Numbered from the stretch's first letter, positions 1 through 9,284 are shown. The stretch is DNA of 44,703 nucleotides from Mycobacterium sp. (GCF_049802695.1 NZ_JBARMY010000049.1:1-44703), one strand, 5' to 3'. Program-made: numbers and translations. The notes: generated by a model not told the origin, from the letters alone.

Positions 1-3000
1 GCGATCGCCAGCACCGCGCGCATGGCAGCGGTGGCGTCTTTGGTGCGCACCACTGGCGCACCGCCGTCAGCGGTGTTGGCGGGCAACGTGAAACGGATGT
101 CGATCCAGATGCCCGAGATGGGCACGCTCAGCACTACCTCGTGCTCGGCGCCGGCCTGCAGGCGGGCTCCGGTCGACGAGTGGGTGGCGCGCGGGATTTC
201 GGCTCCGTCGTGCACCTGCCAGTCCCGGGGATGGGCGATGCGGTGTACGGGGTTGATCGCGATACGGCCGGCCCACAGCACGTCTGGAGCGTCCAGCACT
301 GTGGCCAGCGGTCCGCTCACGTCGGCGCGGCCCAGCCGGCGGGAGGTCACGGCCTGCGGTCGGGCTCCGGTGCCCAGCACTCGCAGCGCCTCGTCTATGG
401 CGGCCTGCTCGAAGCGGTCCAGCAGTTCGCTCACGGGTTCGTCGATACGGGTGATGCCGGCCACTGCTGCGGTGCCGGGGATGATGCACACCTGGTCGGC
501 GTCGTACCGGGCGTCGTGCGCCTGCCACAGCGAGTCACTGCGCCACCAGCGACGCACGTCTTTGTCGATGACCGGCACGAAATTGACCGGCTTGCCCGCC
601 AACTTGCACAGCGTGACGAAGAAGGACACGTCAGCGGGGTGGAGTTGGACGGTCGCGGCATCGGGATAGCGCCGGGCGAGCGCGGCGATGGCCTCGTGCG
701 GGTTTTCCAGCAGTTGCGCGCCATTGTCGACTTCGCCGTTCAGGCCGGCGAACAGCGTCTCGATCGGGCCGAACTCCTGCGGGTGCAACCGCGACTCGGC
801 GCGTTGCAGCATCTTCTCGAAGCGGTCCCGCCAGGTGTCGGCCAGCCACGGGCTGCCCGGAGTGGCGGTGTCGGCGGTGCTGTCGCCGTCACCGATGGCC
901 AGTTCGACATAGCGGTGCAGCCACTGCTGATACGTCATGTCGCCGACGTCGCCGAAATACGGCTTGGCCGTGCGGGCCATTGCCTCGATCAACTCGTCGC
1001 GGCGTTTGGTCACTGCCTCGGCATCGCCGGCGACCTCGTCGAGTAACCGGCCGCAACGCGAGGCGGCGTTGTCGATCTCGTGAATGTCGGCGCCGAGTTG
1101 GCTGCGGCTGGAAGCCATCCCGCCCTGCGCTTTTCCGGCGCTGATCCACCGATCGGTGCCCTGTGTGTCGACCAGCATCTGCTTGACCGACGGCGAGGTG
1201 GTGGATTCCTTGGCCGCCATCGCGGCGGTGCCGACCAGAATGCCGTCGATCGGCATGGCGGGAAAGCCGTAGGCTTCCGACCAACGGCCGGAGAGGTATT
1301 CGGCTGCGCGCTCCGGGGTGCCGATGCCACCGCCGACGCAGACGGTGATGTTGGCGCGTGACCGCAGTTCGGAGTAGGTGGCGAGCAGCAGGTCGTCGAT
1401 GTCCTCCCAGGAGTGGTGTCCGCCGGCGCGGCCGCCCTCGATGTGCATGATGACCGCTCTGGTGGGCACCTCGGTCGCGATGCGGATGACCGAGCGGATC
1501 TGCTCGACGGTGCCCGGCTTGAAGACGACGTGACTGATGCCGATGTCGTTGAGTTCATCGATCAGCTCGACGGCCTCTTCCAGCTCGGGAATGCCGGCGC
1601 TGATCACCAGTCCGTCGATGGGCGCCCCGGACTGTCGGGCCTTCTGCACCAAACGTTTTCCGCCGACCTGCAGCTTCCACAGGTAGGGGTCGAGGAACAG
1701 CGCGTTGAACTGAACGGTGCGACCGGGTTCGAGCAACCCGGTCAGTTCTTTGATGCGGGAATCGAAGATCTCGTCAGTGACCTGCCCGCCGCCGGCCAGT
1801 TCGGCCCAGTGCCCGGCGTTGGCCGCGGCGGCGACGATCTTGGCGTCGACGGTTGTCGGGGTCATGCCCGCCAGCAGGATCGGTGAGCGTCCGGTCAGCC
1901 GGGTGAATTTAGTGGACAGCTTGACTCTGCCGTCGGGCAGTTCGACCACCGACGGGGCGTAAGTCGACCAGGCCCGACCCACTTCGGGAACGGCCCCGAT
2001 GGTGAAAAGGTTGCGCTGGCCGCCACGGGTGGCCGCCGGCACGATGCCGACGCCGAGCCCGCGGATGACCGGCGCGGTCAGCCGGGTCAGGATGTCGCCC
2101 GGCCCCAGATCGAGAATCCAGCGCGCGCCGGCCTCGTGCACGCCGATGATCTCGTCCACCCAGTCGACCTGACGCACCAAGATCGCCTCGGTCAGCTCAC
2201 GGGCCAGGTCGACATCCAGTCCGGTTTTCTCGGCCCATTCCGCCACGATCTCGATCCCGTCGGCGAGCCGCGGGCTGTGGAATCCGACTTCCACCTGCAC
2301 CGGCTCGAAGACCGGCGCGAAGACCGCACCACCACGCACCTTGTTCTTGCGGTCGGCTTCCTCTTTCTCCGAAATCTGCTTGCAGTACAGCTCGAAGCGG
2401 GACAGTTGCTCGGGGGTGCCGGTGATCACGACCGAACGCCGGCCGTTGCGGATGGAGAGCACCGGCGGCAGCACGGTGCGCACGTCTTGGGAGAACTCCT
2501 CGAGCATCCGGTAGATCTGCTCGGGGTCGGCGTTGGTGACCGACACCATCGGCGGACGATCGCCGAGGATGGAGATTCCGCGCCGGCGCGCCACCAGTGT
2601 GCCGGCCGCGCCGATCAGCTGCGCGAGCGCAAGCAGCGCAATGTCGCGCGCCCCGCCGGCCTTCAACGATTCCACACCCAGCACGCCCTGCGAATGCCCG
2701 ACGGCGGCCACCGGCGGCGTGCCGGTCAGGTCCAGACCCTGACGGGTCAGTGCGCGTACGGCGGCGATCTGAGTCAGCAACACCCCGGGCACCGACACCG
2801 CGGCGGACGTCAGCTGCTTGGCCGAGGGGACCGGGTCTTCGGCCGCGAGCGCACGCACCCAGCGCAGCGGCTCGAAGCCGATGGGGCGCACCACCACCAA
2901 CTCCTCGGCGACCGGCTGCAACAAAAGGTCGACATCGCCCACCAAGGTCGCCAATTCGGACTCGATACCGGCTGACGACACCAGTTCTTCCAAAGTCTCC

Positions 3001-3170
3001 AACCAGGCGCTGCCCTGCCCGCCGAACGCGACAGCGTACGGCTCGCCGGCGGTGAGACGGTCGACCAGCGCATGGGCAGGGTGTTTCATCTCCGGAGCCT
3101 TGCCGTCGCGGCCAGCAGAGATCTCCCCCAGCTCCGCTGGGGGGCCACCGTCCTGCTCGTAGATCGTCAC
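1..3170 (-). CDS. fas: Type I fatty acid synthase (FAS-I), N-terminal ~1056 aa; continues beyond the left edge
   Basis: Manual translation from GTG at 3170: MTIYEQD...HALVDRLTAGEPYAVAFGGQGSAWLETLEEL..., acyltransferase motif GHSQG, then enoyl-reductase region LLAGMTPTTVDAKIVAAAANAGHWAELAGGGQ and HIEGGRAGGHHSWED. This closely matches mycobacterial Fas as I recall it. AGGGAG RBS lies upstream, and the neighbouring gene is an Rv2525c homologue as in M. tuberculosis. Confidence 0.97.
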   Translation of the reverse strand, partial: MTIYEQDGGPPAELGEISAGRDGKAPEMKHPAHALVDRLTAGEPYAVAFGGQGSAWLETLEELVSSAGIESELATLVGDVDLLLQPVAEELVVVRPIGFEPLRWVRALAAEDPVPSAKQLTSAAVSVPGVLLTQIAAVRALTRQGLDLTGTPPVAAVGHSQGVLGVESLKAGGARDIALLALAQLIGAAGTLVARRRGISILGDRPPMVSVTNADPEQIYRMLEEFSQDVRTVLPPVLSIRNGRRSVVITGTPEQLSRFELYCKQISEKEEADRKNKVRGGAVFAPVFEPVQVEVGFHSPRLADGIEIVAEWAEKTGLDVDLARELTEAILVRQVDWVDEIIGVHEAGARWILDLGPGDILTRLTAPVIRGLGVGIVPAATRGGQRNLFTIGAVPEVGRAWSTYAPSVVELPDGRVKLSTKFTRLTGRSPILLAGMTPTTVDAKIVAAAANAGHWAELAGGGQVTDEIFDSRIKELTGLLEPGRTVQFNALFLDPYLWKLQVGGKRLVQKARQSGAPIDGLVISAGIPELEEAVELIDELNDIGISHVVFKPGTVEQIRSVIRIATEVPTRAVIMHIEGGRAGGHHSWEDIDDLLLATYSELRSRANITVCVGGGIGTPERAAEYLSGRWSEAYGFPAMPIDGILVGTAAMAAKESTTSPSVKQMLVDTQGTDRWISAGKAQGGMASSRSQLGADIHEIDNAASRCGRLLDEVAGDAEAVTKRRDELIEAMARTAKPYFGDVGDMTYQQWLHRYVELAIGDGDSTADTATPGSPWLADTWRDRFEKMLQRAESRLHPQEFGPIETLFAGLNGEVDNGAQLLENPHEAIAALARRYPDAATVQLHPADVSFFVTLCKLAGKPVNFVPVIDKDVRRWWRSDSLWQAHDARYDADQVCIIPGTAAVAGITRIDEPVSELLDRFEQAAIDEALRVLGTGARPQAVTSRRLGRADVSGPLATVLDAPDVLWAGRIAINPVHRIAHPRDWQVHDGAEIPRATHSSTGARLQAGAEHEVVLSVPISGIWIDIRFTLPANTADGGAPVVRTKDATAAMRAVLAI

Positions 3171-3392
3171 CTTGTGTATCTCCCTGTGCTGCTGCGCGTC
3201 TCGTTCGGTCAGGCGTCCAACGTCTGCGCTGCCTCGCTGCAGTGTGGTTGATTCCCCTTCGAGTCCCAGCCGGATCTCGGCTGATCCGACGCGCTCCAAG
3301 CGGGCCGACCCGGTTGAATCGAGCGCCGCGACGGCGACGTCGGATGCGCTAAGAGTGTCATAAGAAGCTGTGCTGTTTTCTGTGCTGACTGG

Positions 3393-3418
3393 TTACTGGC
3401 GAGTTCTACGCACCGGTA
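3393..3418 (-). promoter_or_regulatory. FasR-type operator in the fas upstream region
   Basis: Minus strand reads TACCGGTGCGTAGAACTCGCCAGTAA. It contains TAC-N6-GTA (3407-3418) and a degenerate adjacent copy (3394-3405). It resembles the FasR-bound Pfas sequence as I recall it. Confidence 0.7.
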
Positions 3419-3491
3419 GCTATGCCGTGGGTAACACACCGCTTAACCGCTGCGCACGACCGCGGGGATAAACGTGCTGCATGGCAGTGGT

Positions 3492-3503
3492 TACGGTCGA
3501 GTA
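3492..3503. promoter_or_regulatory. Further TAC-N6-GTA box (candidate FasR site)
   Basis: TACGGTCGAGTA, same 12-bp architecture as 3407-3418, upstream of fas. Confidence 0.55.
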
Positions 3504-3573
3504 GCCACAACGGTGCAGATCAAGGCTGTATTGTTATGCAATCGTTATGTTCGGTTTTTTTGAGTCTTTCACC

Positions 3574-3616
3574 CGCGGGTGGCGCGCCGCCTTTTTCCGG
3601 CCATGCGCCAGCCGCG
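3574..3616 (-). terminator. Imperfect GC-rich hairpin, possible terminator of the DUF1906 gene
   Basis: CGCGG-G-TGGCGC-GCCG ... CGGC-cat-GCGCCA-G-CCGCG, about 70 nt after the stop codon at 3687. There is no U-tract on the minus strand. Confidence 0.3.
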
Positions 3617-3686
3617 TAACAAGTGTTCGCTAAAAGTCGCCGAGGAGAGTTTGCTGGGCCGGTGTCAGGCGGAGTCCACTGCCGAG

Positions 3687-4409
3687 TCAGGCCCACTGGC
3701 CGAATTGCGGCTTCATGATGTTGTTGATGTCGACGCCGACACCGCCGACGCTGCGCTTGTCGATCTCGATCTGGTGCAGATGCGCGGCCGGGTGCGTGTA
3801 ACCGTGCGGCGAGCCCCAATTGTGCTGCCAGAACCACGAGCCTAGGCCGTCCTGCAGTGCCCAGTCGATCGTCTTCGAGTTGCCGTAGACGCCCGTCCGC
3901 TGACGCCCGATCACCTCCTCCCAACCGCGAAGGTAGGGCGCTACCTGCTGTTTGTACTGGTCGTAGGAGGGGTCGTCGTCGATCGACGCATAGATCGGCG
4001 CATTCGCCGGGCCGCCGGCAGCCTGGTGCAACTGCAAGCCTCGCTTGGCGTGCTGGACGCCGGCACTTTGTCCGCCCAGCCAGTCGGCGGTGCTTTCCTT
4101 GCCGTACTGGTAACACGACACGATCTTGAGCCCGCCGCCGTACAAATCGCGGGCCTCCGGCAACTGAATCGGCTTGCCGAGCATCCAGGAACCACCGGGC
4201 CTGCGGTCCGATACGTAACGGATCGCGCCGGCCGCCCCGGCGGCCTTGATGTCACTGGCCGGGATGACCCCGGCCGCATAATCCAGCAGGACACCCAACG
4301 GTGCACCCGAAGCCGACGGCGAAGTCAGCGACGCCGCTGTCACGCCGAGACCCACCAGCGCCGGGCTGACAGCGGCGACTCTGAGCAGGTCACGGCGCGA
4401 AAGCGGCAC
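3687..4409 (-). CDS. Tat-exported DUF1906 (GH25-like, putative peptidoglycan glycoside hydrolase), Rv2525c homologue
   Basis: Twin-arginine signal SRRDLL, LLDYAAGVIPAS, YQYGK, FWQHNWGS, C-terminal KPQFGQWA; 240 aa from GTG 4409. TATTCT (4417-4422) lies 7 nt upstream of that GTG, suggesting a leaderless transcript. Confidence 0.93.
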   Translation of the reverse strand: MPLSRRDLLRVAAVSPALVGLGVTAASLTSPSASGAPLGVLLDYAAGVIPASDIKAAGAAGAIRYVSDRRPGGSWMLGKPIQLPEARDLYGGGLKIVSCYQYGKESTADWLGGQSAGVQHAKRGLQLHQAAGGPANAPIYASIDDDPSYDQYKQQVAPYLRGWEEVIGRQRTGVYGNSKTIDWALQDGLGSWFWQHNWGSPHGYTHPAAHLHQIEIDKRSVGGVGVDINNIMKPQFGQWA

Positions 4410-4621
4410 GAACCAGAGAATACGATACATGCATCATCTGCCACGTTTACTCCATCGGCCACGTCTGAAACAAACTTCACACCGACGCGTGACAGACTCA
4501 CCTTCCGCGGGCCTATTTCACCCCGGATGGCGCCCGCTGCGCCAACATCGGTAGAGCCCATCCCGCCGAAGCGGCACGACTCTGGGGCGCAGACTGGACG
4601 TCCGGGGCCCGGGAGGACCTG

Positions 4622-5770
4622 ATGGACCGCGACCAGCTCATCGACTTGACCCGGCGCGCGCTGAAACTGGCTCGCGACAAGACCACGGATCTCGCCACCG
4701 GGGAACACACCGTCGGTGCGCTGGACTACACCTCGGTGGAGCGCCACGAGCATGACACCGCCCTGCTGATGGCCAGCCCGCAGTTGGTTGGCTACGTCTC
4801 CGAGCTGGCAAGCCCCGGCACCTACTGCACCAAGACGGTGATGGGCCGTTCGATTTTGCTGACCAGAGCCGCCGACGGCTCCGTCCGAGCCTTCAACAAC
4901 GTCTGCCTGCACCGGCAGTCACAGGTGGCCACTGGATGCGGCACCGCCAAACGGTTCAGCTGCCCGTACCACGCATGGACCTACGACAACACCGGACGGC
5001 TGATCGCCATGCCCGGCGCCGACGGCTTCCCCAGTGTGACGCCGCGCTCCGATGGTTTGACCGAACTTCCGGCTGCGGCACTCGCCGGCTTCCTCTGGGT
5101 GGCATTAGATCCCCTGGAAAACGGAGCCACTCTGGACGTAGCCACCCATCTGGGCCCGCTCGCCGACGAGCTCGACTCGTGGGGCATCGGGCGGTGGTCT
5201 CCGTTAGGCGAGAAGGTCCTCGATACGCCGATCAACTGGAAGCTGGCGGTCGACACCTTTTCGGAGAACTATCACTTCGCAACGGTCCACCGACAGACGT
5301 TCGCCCAGATCGCCCGCAGCAACTGCACCGTCTTCGACTCCTTCGGGCCGCACCACCGACTCATCTTCCCGCTCAACTCAATCCTGGAACTGGACGGCGT
5401 TCCCGAAGAGCAATGGAATCCCCTGCACAACCTCGTCGTCATCTACGCGCTGTTTCCCAACATCGTGCTGTCGGTGACGATCGCCAACGGCGAACTGTTC
5501 CGCATCTATCCGGCGGACAGGCCGGGCCGGTCGATCACCGTGCACCAGAATTCGACTCCATTGGACCTGTCTGAAGAATCCGTGGCCGCCGGCGCCCAAG
5601 CTGTCTTCGAATACGCCCACGCCACCGTGCGTGACGAGGACTACCGGCTGGCCGCGGCGTTGCAGGCCAACCTGCAGACCGGCGCGCGCGATCATCTGCT
5701 CTTCGGGCGCAATGAGCCCGGACTGCAGCATCGGCACTTAACCTGGGCTGAGGCTCTCGCCGGCAGCTAG
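4622..5770 (+). CDS. Rieske non-heme iron oxygenase, alpha subunit (ring-hydroxylating/SRPBCC type)
   Basis: Rieske ligands CLHR...CPYHAW, mononuclear Fe motif ENYHFATVH, distal ED; GGAGGA RBS. Confidence 0.92.
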   Translation: MDRDQLIDLTRRALKLARDKTTDLATGEHTVGALDYTSVERHEHDTALLMASPQLVGYVSELASPGTYCTKTVMGRSILLTRAADGSVRAFNNVCLHRQSQVATGCGTAKRFSCPYHAWTYDNTGRLIAMPGADGFPSVTPRSDGLTELPAAALAGFLWVALDPLENGATLDVATHLGPLADELDSWGIGRWSPLGEKVLDTPINWKLAVDTFSENYHFATVHRQTFAQIARSNCTVFDSFGPHHRLIFPLNSILELDGVPEEQWNPLHNLVVIYALFPNIVLSVTIANGELFRIYPADRPGRSITVHQNSTPLDLSEESVAAGAQAVFEYAHATVRDEDYRLAAALQANLQTGARDHLLFGRNEPGLQHRHLTWAEALAGS

Positions 5771-5823
5771 CGCTGTACTCGTCAAATAATCAGCCGCACA
5801 ACCGCGTAACAGCCGCTCGGTAA

Positions 5824-7194
5824 TCAATCCTCGACTGACAGCGCGTGCAGCAGCCCTTCCAGCACCTCCCGGACCATAGCACTCGCGGTCGTCGGTAGCA
5901 CCGCCTGAATCAGCTCGCGCGCTGGGCTGCGACGACCCGCCGCCACCAGCGGCCGCAACCGTTCCGCCAACCCGGTGAGCTCGGGCTCGGCCGCTGGCAG
6001 GCCGGCGGTAACGGCGGCCAGCACGTCGATCAATTCCCAGTCGCGGTACAGCGCCAGGGAGCGCTCGTAGATGCCGAAGCCGCTGACCGGCTTGCCCTGC
6101 ATCGTCCCCTGATAGCGGTACGGGCCCTCCATGTACTCGATCGGCAGCGCGTGCGCCGGCACCGCTACCAGCGGCTCTCCGGTGAGCACGAGCTGCAGTT
6201 CAGCGGAGGCGAGCCGGTGGCGGTCGGGCAGGAAGCGGGCAGGCGACAGTGGCGGCAGCAGCGGCCGCACCGAATCCGGCCAGCGGACATAACTGGTGAC
6301 CACGACCTCGACGTCTTCGGCGCACCCGGGCGCCGCGGCGCCGTCCGGCGAGCCGATCGTGGCGCCGGAAAATGGTTGCAAAACATTGCCGTTGGCACGG
6401 TCGAACTGTCTCCAGATGCTCAAATCCAGGCCATTGTTCAGATGAATCGTGCGCCACTCGTGCGACCGGGCCCGAGGGTCACCTCCGGTTCCGCCGCCGC
6501 CGGCATACCTGGGGAACCACTGCCGGTCGATGTGGCCCGCGGACCCACTGACCTGCTCGGTCACCGAACCCCAGCGCAGCGTTCCGGTCATCGCCATCCC
6601 GGGCTGGAAGTATGAATAGGTGTCGGGCTGACCGAAGCACGCGATCCGGCCGTTGTAGCGGGCTGCGCCCACCGGAATTGGTGCGCGCGTTGACCATACG
6701 TCCAGCTCCAGGCCCATCGTCTCGCCCGCCTGATCTCTGCCGGCCAGGCTGACACGGTAAGTGCAGGGCAGCAGTTCACCGTCGTCGTCGCGGCAAGCCG
6801 TCCATGTCGCCGGTCCGGCGTCACTGTCAAAGCGAATGTCGAGATGCCCTGCGGCCGTCGTTAATTTAGGCTCAGCCCCCGGTTTCAGGTTGGCCGGCGG
6901 CATGTCGTAGTCGGTATAGGTGCCGTAGGCACCGGTGTCGAGGTCGAAGAGCGCCATCGTGTAGAAGTCAGCGACCACCGTTCCGCCGGGGCGGTTCCTG
7001 TTGAATATCGTCAGAAAGGCGAACGACCGCCCCGTCGCGGCGCTCAATTCACCAGCGATGAACCAGGTGTCGGACTCGTGATCGACGTGCTGCCCTTCGG
7101 CGGCCGGGAATTCCATCGCCGCGTCGCCCGGCACCAGCTGGAACGGGTAATGCCGCCAGTCGACGGTTCGCCCGTGAGCATCGGCGTTCAGCAA
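5824..7194 (-). CDS. CrtC/AttH-like lipocalin-fold ('secreted hydrolase-like') protein
   Basis: FPAAEGQH...DTWFIAGEL at the N-terminus, TYSYFQ, GHIDRQW, HEWR and EYMEGP resemble the two-barrel CrtC/lipocalin family. The start codon (TTG) is uncertain. Confidence 0.65.
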   Translation of the reverse strand: MLNADAHGRTVDWRHYPFQLVPGDAAMEFPAAEGQHVDHESDTWFIAGELSAATGRSFAFLTIFNRNRPGGTVVADFYTMALFDLDTGAYGTYTDYDMPPANLKPGAEPKLTTAAGHLDIRFDSDAGPATWTACRDDDGELLPCTYRVSLAGRDQAGETMGLELDVWSTRAPIPVGAARYNGRIACFGQPDTYSYFQPGMAMTGTLRWGSVTEQVSGSAGHIDRQWFPRYAGGGGTGGDPRARSHEWRTIHLNNGLDLSIWRQFDRANGNVLQPFSGATIGSPDGAAAPGCAEDVEVVVTSYVRWPDSVRPLLPPLSPARFLPDRHRLASAELQLVLTGEPLVAVPAHALPIEYMEGPYRYQGTMQGKPVSGFGIYERSLALYRDWELIDVLAAVTAGLPAAEPELTGLAERLRPLVAAGRRSPARELIQAVLPTTASAMVREVLEGLLHALSVED

Positions 7195-7247
7195 AAGTTC
7201 GTCTCGCTCACTCGGCCTTCTCAGGGTTGCCGGACAGAAGCAGACTG

Positions 7248-7274
7248 CCTTTTTTGCTATGTTAGCAGCAATAG
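7248..7274. promoter_or_regulatory. Cluster motif, copy 1 (two overlapping copies in opposite orientation)
   Basis: + strand CCTTTTTTG-CTATGTTAG (7248-7265); - strand CTATTGCTG-CTAACATAG (7257-7274). Lies in the divergent intergenic region. Confidence 0.7.
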
Positions 7275-7309
7275 CGAAGTTGCCTTCGCCGCTGACGAGG
7301 TGGTGCCCG

Positions 7310-8782
7310 ATGCCGGATTTCCGCGATCACTGCTCGTATGAAGCACTGTTCATCGGTGGCCGATGGTGCAAACCCACCACGTCGCAGCGGGTTACCGTCA
7401 TCTCTCCGCACTCCGAAGAGCCGGTCGGCGAAGCCCCGCTGGCCACTGCGGCCGACGTCGACATCGCTGTGACGGCCGCCCGGCGCGCGTTCGACAGCGG
7501 CCCGTGGCCCCGATTGCATCCCGCCGAGCGTATGCAGAAGGTCGAGGAGCTTGCCGCAATTTACGCCGGGCACCTCGATGCCATGGCGGATCTGATCACC
7601 GCTGAGATGGGTTCGCCGCGCAGCTTCAGCCGATTGGGCCAGGCTGCCGGCGCGGTGTCCATGATGCACCTGGCGCTGTCGGTTGCTCGTGAGTTCTCCT
7701 GGACGGAACGCCGCCAGGGTGTGCTCGGCGAAGTGCATCTGCGCAGGGCTCCGGTGGGCGTGGTGGGGGCGATCGTGCCCTGGAACGTGCCGCAGTTCCT
7801 GATCATGCCCAAGCTGATTCCGGCTTTGATCGCCGGTTGCACCGTCGTCGTGAAACCGGCGCCCGAGACGCCGCTGGACGCGTTGTGGCTGGCCGAAATG
7901 ATCGAACAGGTCGGTCTGCCGGACGGAGTGGTCTCGATCCTGCCCGGCGGAGGTGATGTCGGCGAGGCGCTGGTGCGCCATCCCGGCGTGGACAAGATCG
8001 CCTTCACCGGTTCCAGCGCCACCGGCCGGCAAATCGGGGCGATCTGCGGCGAGAGTCTGAAACGGGTCAGCCTGGAGTTGGGCGGCAAGTCCGCGGCGAT
8101 CATTCTCGATGACGCCGACGTCGCGCAGACCGTGACCGGGTTGAAGACGGCCGGTCTGATGAACAACGGACAAGCCTGCGTCGCGCAAACACGCATTCTG
8201 GTCAGCGAACGGCGCCACGACGAAGTGGTCGACGCGTTGGCCGAGATGATGTCGGGCTTACATGTCGGGGATCCCGCCGACGAGGTGACCGACATCGGAC
8301 CTCTTGTCGCAGAACGCCAACAACACCGCGTACAGGACTACATCCGCTCCGGTGTGAAAGAGGGCGCCCGCATCGTCGTTGGCGGTGCGGACGTGCCGGC
8401 CGACCGTGGCTGGTATGTGCGGCCCACCCTGTTCGCCGACGCCACCAACGACATGCGCATCGCCCGCGAAGAGATTTTCGGCCCGGTCCTCAGCGTGCTG
8501 ACTTACACCGATGAAGACGACGCGCTGCGCATCGCCAATGACAGTGACTACGGGCTGGCCGGATCAGTGTGGACTGCCGATGTCGCCCACGGGATCGAAA
8601 TCGCCGCCGGTGTCCGCACCGGCACCTACGGCATCAACATGTACATGCTCGACATCGCCACTCCCTTCGGCGGTTTCAAGCAATCCGGTATCGGCCGGGA
8701 GTTCGGGCCGGAGGGCTTGAACCAATACGTCGAGTTGCAGTCAGTGGTGAGTAAAGGGAAGCTGCCGCCGCTGGCCGAATGA
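7310..8782 (+). CDS. NAD(P)-dependent aldehyde dehydrogenase
   Basis: PWNVP, KPAPETP, FTGS, catalytic LELGGKS and NNGQAC, EEIFGPV, PFGGFKQSGIGRE. ATG 7310 is preceded by GAGGTGG. Confidence 0.96.
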   Translation: MPDFRDHCSYEALFIGGRWCKPTTSQRVTVISPHSEEPVGEAPLATAADVDIAVTAARRAFDSGPWPRLHPAERMQKVEELAAIYAGHLDAMADLITAEMGSPRSFSRLGQAAGAVSMMHLALSVAREFSWTERRQGVLGEVHLRRAPVGVVGAIVPWNVPQFLIMPKLIPALIAGCTVVVKPAPETPLDALWLAEMIEQVGLPDGVVSILPGGGDVGEALVRHPGVDKIAFTGSSATGRQIGAICGESLKRVSLELGGKSAAIILDDADVAQTVTGLKTAGLMNNGQACVAQTRILVSERRHDEVVDALAEMMSGLHVGDPADEVTDIGPLVAERQQHRVQDYIRSGVKEGARIVVGGADVPADRGWYVRPTLFADATNDMRIAREEIFGPVLSVLTYTDEDDALRIANDSDYGLAGSVWTADVAHGIEIAAGVRTGTYGINMYMLDIATPFGGFKQSGIGREFGPEGLNQYVELQSVVSKGKLPPLAE

Positions 8783-8815
8783 CGTCCTCGAGCCGGCTGG
8801 CGCTGTGATTGTCGG

Positions 8816-8833
8816 GCTGCGCCTTCTCGCAGC
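8816..8833. terminator. Small hairpin between convergent genes
   Basis: GCTGCG-CCTTCT-CGCAGC (6-bp stem) in the 58-bp gap between two converging stop codons. Confidence 0.25.
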
Positions 8834-8840
8834 ACTGCCC

Positions 8841-9284
8841 TCAATCGGTCTCGCGTAGTTCCAGTGTCAGCTCGACCGGACAGCAGAGTTCACCGCGCTG
8901 GTTGGCGACTTCCACCTGCAAGTCCACCAGGTAGCGAGGCGGATTCACCGACGTGTCACACCGCTTGGCGACGACGCGTCCACGGCCCACCATGGTGTCG
9001 CCGGCATAAATCGACCCGGCCAGCGTCATCTTGCGGCGTATCACCCGGCTCTGCGGGCCGGCCCAGTCCGTCGCGATGCGGTCGGCGAATCCCGCCAAAT
9101 GCATGGTGTTGACGAAAATAGTTGGGTGACCCTGGCTTTCGGCGTAAGCCGGGTCGTACTGGCCGGGAAAATAATCCCACGTCGCACCGGCATTCATCAC
9201 CACACGTTGGTAGCTGATCTCATCGACCACCTGTGGCAGTTCCGTCGGGACGCAGATCTGCTCCCAGTTCACCGGACCGCTCAT
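8841..9284 (-). CDS. MaoC-family hotdog (de)hydratase subunit
   Basis: ATWDYFPGQYDPAYAESQG-HPTIFVNT hydratase-2-like motif, IYAGDT, NQRGE; ATGA overlap with the upstream gene. Confidence 0.85.
   Translation of the reverse strand: MSGPVNWEQICVPTELPQVVDEISYQRVVMNAGATWDYFPGQYDPAYAESQGHPTIFVNTMHLAGFADRIATDWAGPQSRVIRRKMTLAGSIYAGDTMVGRGRVVAKRCDTSVNPPRYLVDLQVEVANQRGELCCPVELTLELRETD

Noticed and set aside
22..3162. Many plus-strand ORFs of 150-300 aa (e.g. 141-1046, 2136-2975)
   Set aside because: They are antisense shadows of fas in high-GC DNA; no family motifs, and the minus frame is a continuous Fas.
3172..3686. Small ORFs or an ncRNA in the 500-bp fas upstream region
   Set aside because: The ORFs lack coding character, and the region is explained by the fas leader, operator boxes and a possible terminator. 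No RNA family was recognised.
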